A DNA stretch of 64,000 nucleotides from Camelus ferus (Eukaryota): positions 104,718,001-104,782,000 of the forward strand of contig NC_045698.1 of the NCBI RefSeq assembly GCF_009834535.1, given 5' to 3'. Shown in pieces: positions 36,510 to 48,416 of the stretch. The position numbers and the translations under genes were made by a program. Each line of letters starts with the position of its first letter. Position 1 is the first letter of the stretch. A model generated the notes under the pieces. That model did no database searches, was not told where the DNA came from, and worked only from the letters and a program-made list of their open reading frames with translations.

Positions 36510-37510
36510 AATGTTTCAGGCTAGCGTCAACACTCAGATGTACTATCCTTTTTAATCCTCATCACAACCCCATGAGTAAAAATGGTTATTTTATGTTTTC
36601 AGAAGCTAAGGGACAGAGATGACAAGCAACTGGAAATGGAGTTTAGAAGAGGTCAACTTTTCGAAAGAGATGCCCAAGTGGGCAGAGCCAGGATTCCAAG
36701 TCAAGTCATCCTGGTTTCCTCTGCCCTCCATCCTTGTTTCCCAAACCCCTTACCCTACTATAGCACTTTTCACGTGGTTATGGCATAATCATCTCTTATT
36801 TTATCAACACAATAGTTCTGTAGGGGAATGGGTAGCAGAATATTTGTCACATTTGAAAAAAGACAGATTTTGGAGATAAACAATCTATGTGGCCTTGAGG
36901 AAATCACATCCTGTATGTAAGCCTCAGTCTTCTTCATCTATAATATGGGAGTAATAAGAGCATCTACTTGAAAGATTTGCTTTAAAAATGAAATGAGATA
37001 ATGAAACACTTTGTATAAACTGCTAAGTGTCATTCAGTGAAAAGTGAATAAGAGAATGACAGAATGGCCAAAGGACAAGCCAAAACTAACCCAAAGAGCC
37101 TAGTGTAAAATCATTACTTGGCTCATAGCAAGTAGTCTGTTATCTATGGTAACATCTGTTATCTACATAATGCCTAAAACTCTGTAGCTTGTATAGAGTC
37201 TTTTGGAACATAATTCTTTTTAAACCAATAGCCATGTTTTGAACCTTTTCCTTTATCTGGTGTAGCCATTTATGGTTGTCAGACTATAATACATATGTTA
37301 GGGAAGTTGCAGCAGCCGACATTAGAAACTTTACTTAATGCTAACACCACTCTTCTGAAGTGGGCACTGGTAGTTATGGGAACTGAGACACGAGGATTTC
37401 TGGCTCCACAGCTGGTAAGTGGAGGAGCTGAGTTTGAACCTCGGTCTGCTCTGCCTCTCAGACCCACTGAGGACCCTGCTTTGATAGAGAGCCACAGCTT
37501 TACTGCACCC
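36510..37510. mobile_element. Cluster of three MIRs (-, +, -)
   Basis: MIR cores near 36580-36720, 36880-37040 and 37360-37500 (e.g. GGAACTGAGACACGAGG...GTAAGTGGAGGAGCTGAGTTTGAACCTCGGTCTG). Confidence 0.75.
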
Positions 37511-37939
37511 TAAGCAGACATCAGACCTCAGAATTACCCACTCAGGAAAGAGTGGTGTTCAGCCTAGAGGAGGAAGACTGACAACTCCTTCCCTGAACTC
37601 TACGGAGCTGCCCTGGTGATGCGGACAAAAGCCTCCCCGTGTTGATCCAGGCTTCACTTCAAAGAATTTCTCTGCCCACTGTGAACAGATCCTCTTGCTG
37701 CTCTGAGTCAGGCCTCTTATTTCTTTCTCATTTTTCTCCCTAACATATTTTTCCATAGTGCTTTTTCTGAACTTTTCTTTCCTTCAGTCCTCAAGTCACC
37801 CCACAGGACACTACCCTCTCCTTTCTCTCCAGCCCCACTTCCTAGTTTTTCTCTCAGCCTATGGCTTACTTTTGCTTTAACCCCAGCCTCCCTCCTGCAT
37901 GAGTCACAGCCCTCCTTGTCCTTGGACAACCGAGTAGCA

Positions 37940-38830
37940 TAAGGTTTGGGGAGAAGTTTCCAGTGTCTAACTTTCTGAATTTAAACCTAGTCTCTGCTCT
38001 TAGGGGCTGTGTGACCCTGGACAAGCAACTTTTATTATCTGACCATTATGTAAGCCTCAAAGAAACTGCCTCATAGAACCACCATGAGGATTAAAGGAGA
38101 TAACTGGCACAGGGCACGTTATATGTTAGCACTGTACTAGGCACATCTGACTCAATCATTTGTATTACCCTCCTTCCATCTCTCCTCACATCTCTAGGGA
38201 AAGATCTCTCTCTCTCTCTCTTTTTTTTCCTTAAGCTACATCCTCCATTTCTTCACTTTTCCAATCTTCCGCAGGAACCTAGTCCCAGAGCCACTCTTCC
38301 CCTTCACAGCACCATTGACCCCCTCTTCACTCCTCCTCTTGGACCCCCATCTCGGTAACAGACAACACCACCCCTACAGGTAGCCCAGGCTGAAAACCTG
38401 AGAGTCGTCTTTCTCCTGTGCCTCTACTTGAGTCGCTCATAGTCACCAAGACCCATGATTCTTCTCTACCGCCTCCCTGGCTTTACATCTTCCTTGCATG
38501 TCTGACTGTCTGCCTTGCTGTGGATCTCCCTTCCTTCATCACCCTCCCTGTCTGACCTTGCCCCTGTCCTCTCTGTGTTCTCCATCCTTGGAGAGCCCTT
38601 TCCTCTCCCTGTATCTATCCCTCAAAGCATGACTTATTCAGGTGTCTCTTACCATGTACAGTCCATTTTCAAGTCTCATAGTCTTCCTAGTTTTCAACAT
38701 TATTATGCATTTATGTTTTCTCCCTGACTTATAAGCATCTCAAGTCTATATCTCATATGTCTACACATCCTCTTACAGTGCCTTATAGAGTTCCAAAAAC
38801 AGAAAGAAAAAAAAAACTGAAAATATGTAC
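37940..38830 (+). mobile_element. MIR followed by an L2 fragment
   Basis: GGCTGTGTGACCCTGGACAAGC (MIR); GTAGCCCAGGCTGAAAACCTGAGAGTCGTCTTT (L2). Confidence 0.65.
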
Positions 38831-39809
38831 TGGTTGATTGATAAAGAATCAGTCACAAGTTTAGGAAAAAGGAGGTATCTGATTAAAGAATTATATCAGC
38901 TAACATTTTCTCCATCCTTATTATGTGCTAGGCAATGAAGTCAGTGCTGGAAAAAAAAAACAATTAAATGAACAAATAGTATCTTCTGCTGTGCCAAACA
39001 TCTTACACACATTGTTCATTTAATCTTCATAATAGCTACAAGCAGTAAGTACTTTCATTATACACACTTTGCAGAAGAGGTTAAGTGATTTGCCCATTGT
39101 CACACCAGAAATGAACATGAGAGCTGGACACACTTCTGTTTACCAGTGAATTCAGCTCAACATTTATTAAGGCCTCCCATCTCCTTTTTTTCCCCAAAAA
39201 ACTTACTCAAGACCTACAGACTCCTTAAAGTGACTGTAGGTAACTTTAAGAAGTCAGGTAAGTGTGTAGCCCAAGGTTTTCTCAGCCTCAGTGTCGCTGT
39301 CCCACTGCCTGCAAACCAGAACATGCCTAAAGCTCAGTACAAACAACAAATAGCACCTACAACTACATTCAGAAGCCACTGAGACTGCATAGATTCTTCA
39401 TAAGAAACAAAGTTAGTATGATGAAGGATAAAATTGCATTTTTCCTTGAAAAATAATAAAAAGCATGATAAAGTTTTCATTACTATCAAACTGAAATACT
39501 CTAAAGAAAGCAATGTATCTCAAAGTTTTAATGAGTTGTGCCAATCAGAACTAGAAGGTAGCTAGCCTCCAGTGCCCTTTATGTGTCCTTTGCTTGTGCC
39601 AACGGGCTATGGAATGATAAATAAAATACTGTTCCTGTCTTCTCAAAGTTACAGTTTAGTGTCGGGTTACTGAGATGAGTGTAATAATAAAAATAATCAG
39701 GCGGCCCTATTTATTAAAACAATTAACCCTGTGGGAGAGAAACATGAATAGAGGCCGTGTTACTCAATGAAATCATGCAAACAACCAGAATTTGAACCTC
39801 AACTAACCA

Positions 39810-40420
39810 TTTTTATTTATTCACTTATTCCACAGGTATTTCCTGAATTCCTACTATGTGGCATCCATTCTTCCAGGCTCTGGGGATAGAGTGATGAAGA
39901 AGGCAAGTGAATTCCCTTCCCGTTTGGGTCTCACCTTCTGATGGGAGAGGAAGACAATAAATAAATTAAATAATGATTGTATGCCGTATAGGAAGTACTG
40001 GTAAGACTATGGAGAAAAAGCAGCAGAGCAGGGGGTAAGAAAATAGTCCATGAAGGAAATGGGGCTTGAGGTCCAGAGGTCGAGGGTGACCTCACTGGGA
40101 AGGTGATCTGTGAGAGAATCCTGAGCAAAGAAAGGGAGTGAACCGCCTGGGGTTCTGGACTAACAGCATCCCAGGCGAAGGGGAGAGCAAGTGCAAAGGC
40201 CCCAAAACAAGAGTGAGTGTGCCATCTTTGAGGGAAGGCCGGTGTAACTGGGAAGATGTAAAAAGGGGGTGGAAATTAGGTCAGAGAAGCAGGTAGGGCA
40301 GATCATTAGACTCTGGGGAGTACGTATTTTCTTCTGCAAGTTTTAGGAAACATCAGACATCTCTGAGCAGAGGAATCACACGTATGACCTATGCTTTTAA
40401 AAGACTACTGTGCAGCTGGT
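39810..40420 (-). mobile_element. L2a-type 3' end
   Basis: TTTATTCACTTATTCCACAGGTATTTCCTGAATTCCTACTATGTG...GAGCAAGTGCAAAGGCCC. Confidence 0.8.
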
Positions 40421-40636
40421 TGTTACACAGAGCTATTCATGAGAGACTGGGTGACTGCTGAAAGAGCTGGAGTTTCGTGGCTTGTCACAGTTCATCCGGG
40501 ATGATTTCACTAAGGGATGAACGAGGATCCCAGTGAAAGGAGGGCAGCTTGGTTCATAGGAAGGAGGAGGCCATTCTTGGTGATGGCAAATACATATGTG
40601 GTGACGTAGGCAGAAGTCACTAAGCTGTGCAAATTA

Positions 40637-40855
40637 GCATTTCCCAAGGAATCTTATGCTACCACTAGTTTCAATGTGTGTGAATAAAAGTCACATAATA
40701 CAGGGTCAAGTCGGCCTGGGAAATGCTCTGCTTCCCTCTTCCCGCTTTACTGGGGCTTTCGCAGAACCTTGAGGGTGCATGTGGACTCTGACAGGGATCC
40801 CCCAACGTTATTCAACTGCAGGACTTTTCACATAAAACACACATTGGGAAACCCC
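40637..40855. mobile_element. hAT-Charlie MITE remnant
   Basis: Termini GCATTTCCCAAG and CACATTGGGAAACCCCAGTG resemble Charlie terminal inverted repeats (TIRs). Confidence 0.5.
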
Positions 40856-41069
40856 AGTGTAACGACTTCAGCTTGATACCAGCTACGACCTATTTTGAGA
40901 TGAAAACAGAGATGTAATGAGTAATAGATGTTGAAACAAGGGACCAGGCATTTGGGGTTGATGTGAGGCCAATGTAAACTTACCAGAGTTTGATCAAGTT
41001 TGTAACAAGTAAAAACATGAAAAGGTCACTTTTGCTGTCCTGTTTAGAACTGTAGCATAGAACAGAGGT

Positions 41070-41268
41070 CTCCAAATGTTCAAGGAAGTTTGCAAGATGA
41101 TCCACAGGAGTGTGGGAAGAAAATATTATGTCTGTTTATATTTATGTTGTTTCAAAAAAAACATAAATAAATTAATACTCTAATACTTAATACATGGATT
41201 GAGAGTGGCACGTATATTATGATTTATAAATATATACACTGGGCTTGGATGTTCAAAAATGTTGTGGA
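41070..41268. mobile_element. hAT-Charlie MITE remnant
   Basis: CAGAGGTCTCCAAATG...GGAGTGTGGGAAGAAAATATTA...CAAAAATGTTGTGGA. Confidence 0.45.
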
Positions 41269-41341
41269 TACTATGCTGCACACCAGAAATTAACAGAACA
41301 TTGCAAACCAACTATACTTCAATAAAAAAAAATTTTTTTTT
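41269..41341 (+). mobile_element. 73-bp young L1 3' tail insertion with TSD
   Basis: TGCTGCACACCAGAAATTAACAGAACATTGCAAACCAACTATACTTCAATAAAAAAAAA. TSD AATGTTGTGGA at 41258-41268 and 41342-41352. Confidence 0.85.
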
Positions 41342-41999
41342 AATGTTGTGGACAGGGATAAGTGTATGATCACAAAAAGCTTAGAGGTTGCTAGATGAGA
41401 TGACCTGGAGAAGGAAGTGTCAAGTACTTGTACCAAGGTGTGGTTGTGAAAGTGAAGAGGAAGGAATAAAATTAGGAACCTGGAGTGAGTGGTATTCATG
41501 GGCAGAGGGTGCGGGGGAGCCAGAGGTGGTCAGCAGCAGCAACTATGACAAACTGGATGTGGGGGGGAATGAATAATGAATCCAAGGCTAGGAGCTCTGG
41601 ACATAGTTGAAGTTCGTGTTGGGGAAATTGAGAAGGAATTGGAAGAGGAGGCGAAGCAATCATTATGCACCCATACTGCAGCACTAATTGTAGTATTTAG
41701 CCCATTATCCAGGACATAGTAAGTGATCAATAAATGTTGGCAAGACGAATGCAAGAGTGAGTAAATGAATCAATAAATGAGTATGTGCAGAGGACTCAGC
41801 AAAAGAATATGGGCTAGGAAACTCTGGGCAAAACGAAAATAATCTTCCAGATCAGGATTACACACCATGTCATTTCCCAAAAATAAAAAAAACATAGCAA
41901 CCTCTGATCTTTGTTAACTTGTTTTTAACATGAGATCAATATTACTTTCAAAAGAGCAATTATACTTGGATGTATCTCTACTTGTTTTTATGATAGTTT

Positions 42000-42450
42000 T
42001 TAAAAACTGTTATGTCACATAAGTTCATTGTAGAAAAATCATAAAATGCAGACAAAACCAAAAAAAGTTTATCATACCACCACCCAAAGATAACCCAGGT
42101 GTATTTTTATAAAAATAGGCTTACATTATATATACTACTTTGTAATTTTCACTCAGCAGTATGTTCTGAGCACCCATGTCAATAAATATGCCTTCAGGAA
42201 GTCATCTCAACATCTGCATAATATTCTGTCAAATGGAGCTACTGAAATACGCTCAACCAAGCCTCTGTTATTCCACCAGTAAGCTTATTTTTGCTAGTTT
42301 GTTTTCATTATAAGAATGATGCAATAAATATACAGCAACTATGTATTTGTCCATATTCTTAATCAGTTCCCCAGACATAATACCTGGAGGTTGAATCGCT
42401 GAGTCATTTTAAACATATTTGATATGCATTTTCAAATTGCCCTCCAGTAA
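42000..42450 (-). mobile_element. L1ME-type 3' fragment
   Basis: CATACCACCACCCAAAGATAACC...GGTTGAATCGCTGAGTCA...TTTCAAATTGCCCTCCAG. Confidence 0.65.
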
Positions 42451-43373
42451 TTTTGAGTGAGATTTCATAACCCATGTGAACCCTTTAGCTTAAACTGCAC
42501 TTTCACATCTACTTAGACTTTGATTTCTGCAGCAGCCCCATGAGCAGGTCTCATTGTCCCTATTCCACAGGCGAAAAAGAATTCCAAAGCAGTGGGAGCC
42601 TTTCTCAAGGGTACACAGCTCTCACACCCGGCTTCCACGAGGGCCCTCCCCACGTCACTGGATGAAATGCCAAAATGTCAATGAAAAATACAGTACCCTG
42701 ATCTGTACTTTCCTCTTCAACTGCAAAATACACTAGCTCAAGTTTCCAAGTGAGGGTGTTTCAAAATTAAACAATTGTTAGATAGTGCCTGTTTGACATT
42801 AAATTCTCTTTCCCGGTAGAGAAGCCTTCCTAACTTCTTGCCAAATAACTAACTTTGCTCTTGAGTAAGTCCCTTTGACAAAATGTGATTGCTTATAACT
42901 AGCGCCTCGCTGCCAGTACTTTGTGGTGCTTGGATAGTCTTGTGTACATTTAAGCAGAAAAGGGGATCAGAGAAATACAGAGTTCAAAAGAGCCTTGCAG
43001 GTCATTTCAATTGCATCCAAGCAAGCGGAGAGAAGAAAGTCTGTCTGTGTCTAACTGGGAAGTGACTTGCCCAGGGTCTCACAGTCAGTGAATAGCAGAG
43101 ATGGGATCAGAGTGGGGAGTCCCCTGACCTGCCCAGCCAGCTCCAGTTAACATCACAGAATCTTGTGATTAGTTTGTACCATAAAATCACAGTCTAGCCA
43201 CATAATTTTTCATCTGAAGAAACTGAGGCCCATCAAGGGGAAGTAACTTACTCAATGATACCCAGGTAATTAGCAGTAGAACTTGGGTGAGACCCAGGTG
43301 TCCTGACACTCAGTTATGAGGCTGATCCCAGACTCAGCTTGGCCCCATCAGAATCCACACCAGGATCAAAAGC

Positions 43374-43668
43374 CAGGACCAGGGTGGGTTGAGTGAGGCA
43401 CTCACCTCAAGTGCAGATTTTAAGGGGACACTGAGATAATATTTTCATGCAGTATTTGATTAAAAATCAAAATTAATACAAAATATCCATAATGAAAAAA
43501 AATCCAACCTTGTATTTGCATGATTCACCTTGCTGACCTCAGCCTAATTTTACCTCTGCTGGAGCCTAGCCTTATTTAAAATTTGGATATCTTGCTCATC
43601 GTGGATACATTGCATTAATTTGTGCCCGAAGCAAGTGCCTCACTTACCTCACCTTCATTCCAGCCCTG
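43374..43668. mobile_element. MER96-like hAT MITE with long terminal inverted repeats
   Basis: 5' CAGGACCAGGGTGGGTTGAGTGAGGCACTCACCTC pairs imperfectly with 3' GCAAGTGCCTCACTTACCTCACCTTCATTCCAGCCCTG. Possible degenerate 8-bp TSD TCAAAAGC/TCAGAGGA. Confidence 0.7.
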
Positions 43669-43899
43669 TCAGAGGACCTCCAGTGCCTGGGCCTGAGGAC
43701 ACCTAAAAATAAGCCTCCAGTGCTGGGACAGATTGCTCACAAGGAGCTACAGGCCTATGGCTAATGGGACTGATCACTTAAACAGAACAGCCCTCTAGCT
43801 GGGTTCTGGGGCCACGGAGAAATGACAACTAAAGAAATTTTATGGACTCAAAGTTGTCAATAACTCAAGTTCTCATGATACGAACTCGAGCCATTCAAG

Positions 43900-44170
43900 A
43901 ATTAATCGTTCAGGAATCTGTGCAAAGTCAGCTGTTTAAGCACTGGGTGTGATGAACTGGTTTGTCAACTAATAGGAAAGAAATCTGGGCCTTTTAATTG
44001 ACCACAAGCTTAACATGAGCCCATGATAGGAGGTGACTGCCAGAAACACAAATGGAATCTCGGGCTTTACTCATGGGCTCATGGTATTCAGGAGCTGAGT
44101 CTAATCCCACAGGAAGTCAAAGCCAAGAGAACATATTTTGGCCCCTCTGGAGGGTTGCTATTTAAGGCTA
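43900..44170 (+). mobile_element. L3/CR1 LINE fragment
   Basis: AAGCTTAACATGAGCC...GGTGACTGCCAGAAACACAAATGGAATCTCGGGC. Confidence 0.55.
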
Positions 44171-44180
44171 GGAGGGTGTT

Positions 44181-44615
44181 TGTTACAGTTTGAGTTGTGT
44201 CTGCCACAAAAGAAGCTGAAGTCCTGACTCACCAGTACCTGTGAATGTGACCTTATTTGGCAGCGGGGTCTTCGCCCATGAGGAAGTTAAGGTAAGGTCG
44301 TTAGGAAGGACCCAAAGCAATATGACCACCAGTTATTATAAAAAGGGAAATTTGGACACATGGGTGGACACACACACCATTTGCAGGTGAAGGCGGAGAT
44401 CGAGGTGAGGTATCTTCAAGTCAAGGAATGCCAAAGATTGCCAGAAAACCACCTAGGTGAGAAGAGAGAGGGACATATTCTTCCTCAAAGTCTGAGGAAG
44501 GAATCAACCCTGCTGACACTTTTGATTTTGAACTTCTAGCCTCCAGAACTGTGAGATAATAAATTTTTGTTATTTTAAGCTGCCCAGTTTATGGCATCCT
44601 GAGGAAACTAATACG
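44181..44615 (+). mobile_element. MaLR solo LTR (MLT1B/C-like)
   Basis: TGTTACAG start, GAATGTGACCTTATTTGG, CTAGCCTCCAGAACTGTGAGATAATAAATT, CTAATAC(G) end. 5-bp TSD GTGTT/GTGGT (4 of 5). Confidence 0.92.
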
Positions 44616-45589
44616 GTGGTCAAGAGAGCATTCTTGTCCCTGAAAGAAGCTGGGGAAAGCCCTCCATTCAGATTCTCATAGACAAAGCCATTTCCATACT
44701 CATCACAGGGCTCAGGACACAGTAGGCATGCAGTGACTACTTATTAGGAAAGAAAGGAATTTCAAAGCAATCCACTACTCCTAGAGGGGAAAAGGAGAGG
44801 TTGACATGCTAGGTTACCTTCCTTCACCTTCTCACCCATACTAAGCATGAGCCATTTTAACCTCATTCTATTTTCAGGGGATGAATCACAGGATGCCAGA
44901 CACAGACAGCATCACAGAGATTATGGAGAAGCCCTCCACTCTACAGATGAGGAAAACTGGATTTAACAAGGAAGAGACTAGTTCTTTCCATATGCATGTC
45001 TCCCCCTCTTTCAGGAGAACACTTTTTCCCTTTTTTCCATCATATGTTAACATATTTTCTAGTACTTTGCTGTCATCAACAGATTAAAATTTAAATGATA
45101 AATTATTCTAGTCCACCAGAATGTAGGAAAGATATGCCTGCTGGTGGTTCTCATGAAGGAATAGCAGTATCTAATACTTAGGGAGAATTTATTTTGTGCT
45201 AGGCCCCCTGCATAAAGTTCTTTGACTGAATTATCCCATTTAAGGCCCTAAGCAATGCTACTGGGTAGGTTTTATTTTATCCCTGACTTATCTGACAGGT
45301 CCAGAAAAGTAAAGAAGAAACACCTGCCCAAGTGGTAGTTTAGATTTAAACCAAGGTCTGATGGTTTTTGAGGTTCATGTTCTTAACCTCTCTGTGTGCT
45401 GGGATGGACAGGCTTGAGAAGCCATAAAACAGTGGAAAGAGGTCTGGGCTGGGAACCAGGGAACTTAGGGGCCATCTGGGCCCAGCCGCCAAACTACTTG
45501 GAACCTTAAGCAGATTTCTGCACCTTCCTAGGCCTTAATTTCCTCATCTGCAAATCCAAGTGACTGGGTGTTGAGGTTTTTCCTTAGTG

Positions 45590-45950
45590 AATCATACCTT
45601 TATTCATTCATTCCACAAATATTTATTGAGTGCCCATTCTGCATCAGGACCATTCCAGACACTGAGAATATAATGATAATCAACATAGACAAAGTTCCTA
45701 TACTCATGGAGCTTGTATTTTAGGCATGTTGCGGGGGTGAGACATACAGTATAAACAGGTTAAAAGTTCAAGAAAGAGAAAAGCCCATGAAGAAAATAAA
45801 GTAAGGTAAGAGATTGAAAGTGACAGGTGCAGGATGATGGCTATTCTATATGGGGTGGTCAGTGAAGGCACCCTAAGGAGGGGAGATCTGAGCAAAGAAC
45901 AGGATGATGAGAAGGAAGAAGTAAGAAATGAGTACACACAGGCTATGTGG
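45590..45950 (-). mobile_element. L2a-type 3' end (MIR fragments lie just upstream, about 44870-45580)
   Basis: TTCATTCATTCCACAAATATTTATTGAGTGCCCATTCTGCATCAGG...TCATGGAGCTTGTATTTT. Confidence 0.8.
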
Positions 45951-46589
45951 AATTGGGACTAAAGGTGTTAATGCCTCAAGAGGGGCGACAGCTATTGGGC
46001 TATTCAATAACTATTGAAAAATGCCTCAAATTTAAATCAGATGCATACGGAAGCTGCGTTTAAGCCCGTCCCTCACTTTGACAGTAAACCTTTCATCATG
46101 AATCCAATTTCATGATGTAATTTTAGTATACTCTAGTAGCCTCAAATTATATAATTTGCTCAGGTTCAATTGAAATTACTAATTGTTCTAAGCCTGACTG
46201 AGTGACTCCTGGACAGAGCAGGTTACAGGAAAAGAGCAGCAAGAGGTTAGGAGACATTATTGCTGGTGTGTCAGCTAATGAGGTTTAAAAATCTCTTTAC
46301 TGAAAGATCTCAGATGATCTGGGGTCATTCAGATTGTATCTGATCCAAGACATGGTTTCTGAGGTCCACAGATTCTTCCTCTTACAGAGATTTGCCATCT
46401 CCTTGCTTCTCTCTGTGTCCACCACCATTGCTAAAGTCCAGGCCACCACCATCTTTCATCTCCGTCCCCATGCTTGCCCCCTTCCAATTCATTCTCCATA
46501 TTGTAGCCAAGGTGGTATTTCTGAAAGGAAACTTCTATCATGTCATTGTTCCCCTGAAACCGAAACGTCCCCCCAACAGTGGTGGCTAC

Positions 46590-46705
46590 ACATCTCATAA
46601 TGGTGGTGGTTACACAATTGTATGCATTTGTCAAAACCCACAGAACTACACATCTAAAGAGAGTAAATTTTACTGTATGCAAACTACACCTCAAAAAACT
46701 CGACT
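46590..46705 (+). mobile_element. L1MC-type 3' end fragment
   Basis: GGTGGTGGTTACACAATTGTATGCATTTGTCAAAACCCACAGAACTACAC...TTTTACTGTATGCAAACTACACCTCAA. Confidence 0.75.
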
Positions 46706-46769
46706 TTAAAACTGTCTAATGATAGTCTTTGCTCTCTAGGTGAAAAAAAAAGAAACCTAACTTCCATGG

Positions 46770-47010
46770 TTAGATGTTCATTCTCAGCATGGACTCAAAG
46801 CCCAGCCTCATAGTATCACCTCTTAACTGTGTAACCTTGGCCAAGTCATTTAAACTCTTTGTACTCAATTGCCTTATTTGTCAGAATGAGATAATAATAG
46901 TACCTACCTCTTAGAGTTTTCATAAAGATTAAATGAGTTAATTCCTCACTTAGAACAGAGCCTGTTGCATGAGTGTTCATTAAGTGTACAATATTACTAA
47001 CAAGACTTAG
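46770..47010 (+). mobile_element. Near full-length MIR
   Basis: CTGTGTAACCTTGGCCAAGTCATTTAAAC...GAGATAATAATAGTACCTACCTC...GATTAAATGAGTTAAT. Confidence 0.85.
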
Positions 47011-47028
47011 AGTACCCGATATTAGTTC

Positions 47029-47492
47029 TATATTAGGCAAGGGTTGCCAAACAAAGGACTCTGGACTCAGTAGCTTGAGCAACAGAAATGTATTGCCTCA
47101 CAGTTCTGAAAGATAGAAGTCCAAGATCAAAGTCCTCTCACTGGCAAGGCTGGTTCCCACTGAGGGCTGCAGGGGAATCCGTTCCAGACTTCCCTCCTAG
47201 CTTCTGGTGGTTTTCTGGCAATCTTTGGCATGCTTTAGCTTACAAATACATCACCTTAATTTCTTCCTTGATCTTCACATGTCATTTTTCCTGTGTGTGT
47301 CCGTCTCCAAATGTATCCCTTTTTATAAGGACACCAGTCTTACTGTCAGTATCCACCTTACTCCAGTATGACCTCATTTCAGTTTAATTACATCTGCAAC
47401 AGTCCTATTTCCAAATAAGGTCACTCTGTGAGGTACTGGGAGTTGGAACTTCAACTTACAAATTTTGGGGAGACAAAACTCAACCTATAACA
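47029..47492 (-). mobile_element. MaLR solo LTR (MLT1B/C-like)
   Basis: CAACAGAAATGTATTGCCTCACAGTTCTG...CCAAATAAGGTCAC...CTCAACCTATAACA. Confidence 0.92.
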
Positions 47493-47934
47493 GGCCCTGA
47501 CATGTTCTTATCATTTCTGCCCACAATATCTCTTATAGCAAACCACCACAGTCACCAATTTGTTTGGCAAACTCTTACTCATCCCTCAAGTTTCAGTTAG
47601 AAACTTTTCTGGGAGAATTTTACAAGCCCATCAATTAGATTAAGGGCCTTTCTCATATTCTTCATATCCCCTGCGCTTACACCTCCCACAGCCCTTATTA
47701 CCTTACACTATTCTTGCCTGTTTACTGCTTGTCTCCCCTCAAGACTTCAAATACCTTTTCAACAAGGATCCCTTAATCTCATGTCTCGGAACCAAAGTCA
47801 ATCTTAAGTTAATATTTGTTGAATTAATGAATGCTAATGTCTCTCCCCATATTCTGGGCATCAGAATTTCTATGGATGGTTAGAGGAAGAAAGTTGTAAA
47901 AAATCAGAAAGTGAAAACTTTTAGCAGCACATCA

Positions 47935-48416
47935 GTTGTAGTTTAGTTTGAAGATCAGAAACCATGCTAGTTATTTCAAATGTAATGTATTTATACAAGG
48001 ACTTGATTGCACAGTTGTTAGAAGGAAGGGAAGGCAAAAAGGGAATGCCGAGAAAATCCAGATATGAGTAACTGCAGGAAGTAGCTCCCACCATTAAGAC
48101 TGAGGGAAAAGAAGAGAAATGAAAAGATTACCAGAAACTGAGAGTTAGAGGAGGGTGTCGGGCATGGCTGAAGCTTAAATCTCAGACAGGAAGAAACTAC
48201 ATGGCTGTACTTGGACCTCTGAATTGGAGAATGCCACAGGTGATACAGGGTGCGCTGAAAGTTGCTGGAGGTAGAGCCATGACTGCCCTGTGGTGTCAGA
48301 GAGAAACATCAAGATACTCAGCAAGGAAGTCCAGGCAACATAGTTTGCAGACTCCTGGCCCCAGCATCACAGAGCAGGGATAGGAGCTGAGAGGCAAAGG
48401 GCACATAACCAGCACA
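47935..48416 (-). mobile_element. Ancient ERV LTR (LTR33/LTR78/LTR79-like; family uncertain)
   Basis: CAGAAACCATGCTAGTTATTTC near one end; CCCCAGCATCACAGAGCAG...GAGCTGAGAGGCAAAG...AACCAGCACA at the other. Confidence 0.5.

Noticed and set aside
42398-42406. Perfect ARE/MARE-like GCTGAGTCA (also at 55134-55142)
   Set aside because: Both lie in the same L1ME consensus motif, so they are inherited repeat sequence rather than evidence of selection.
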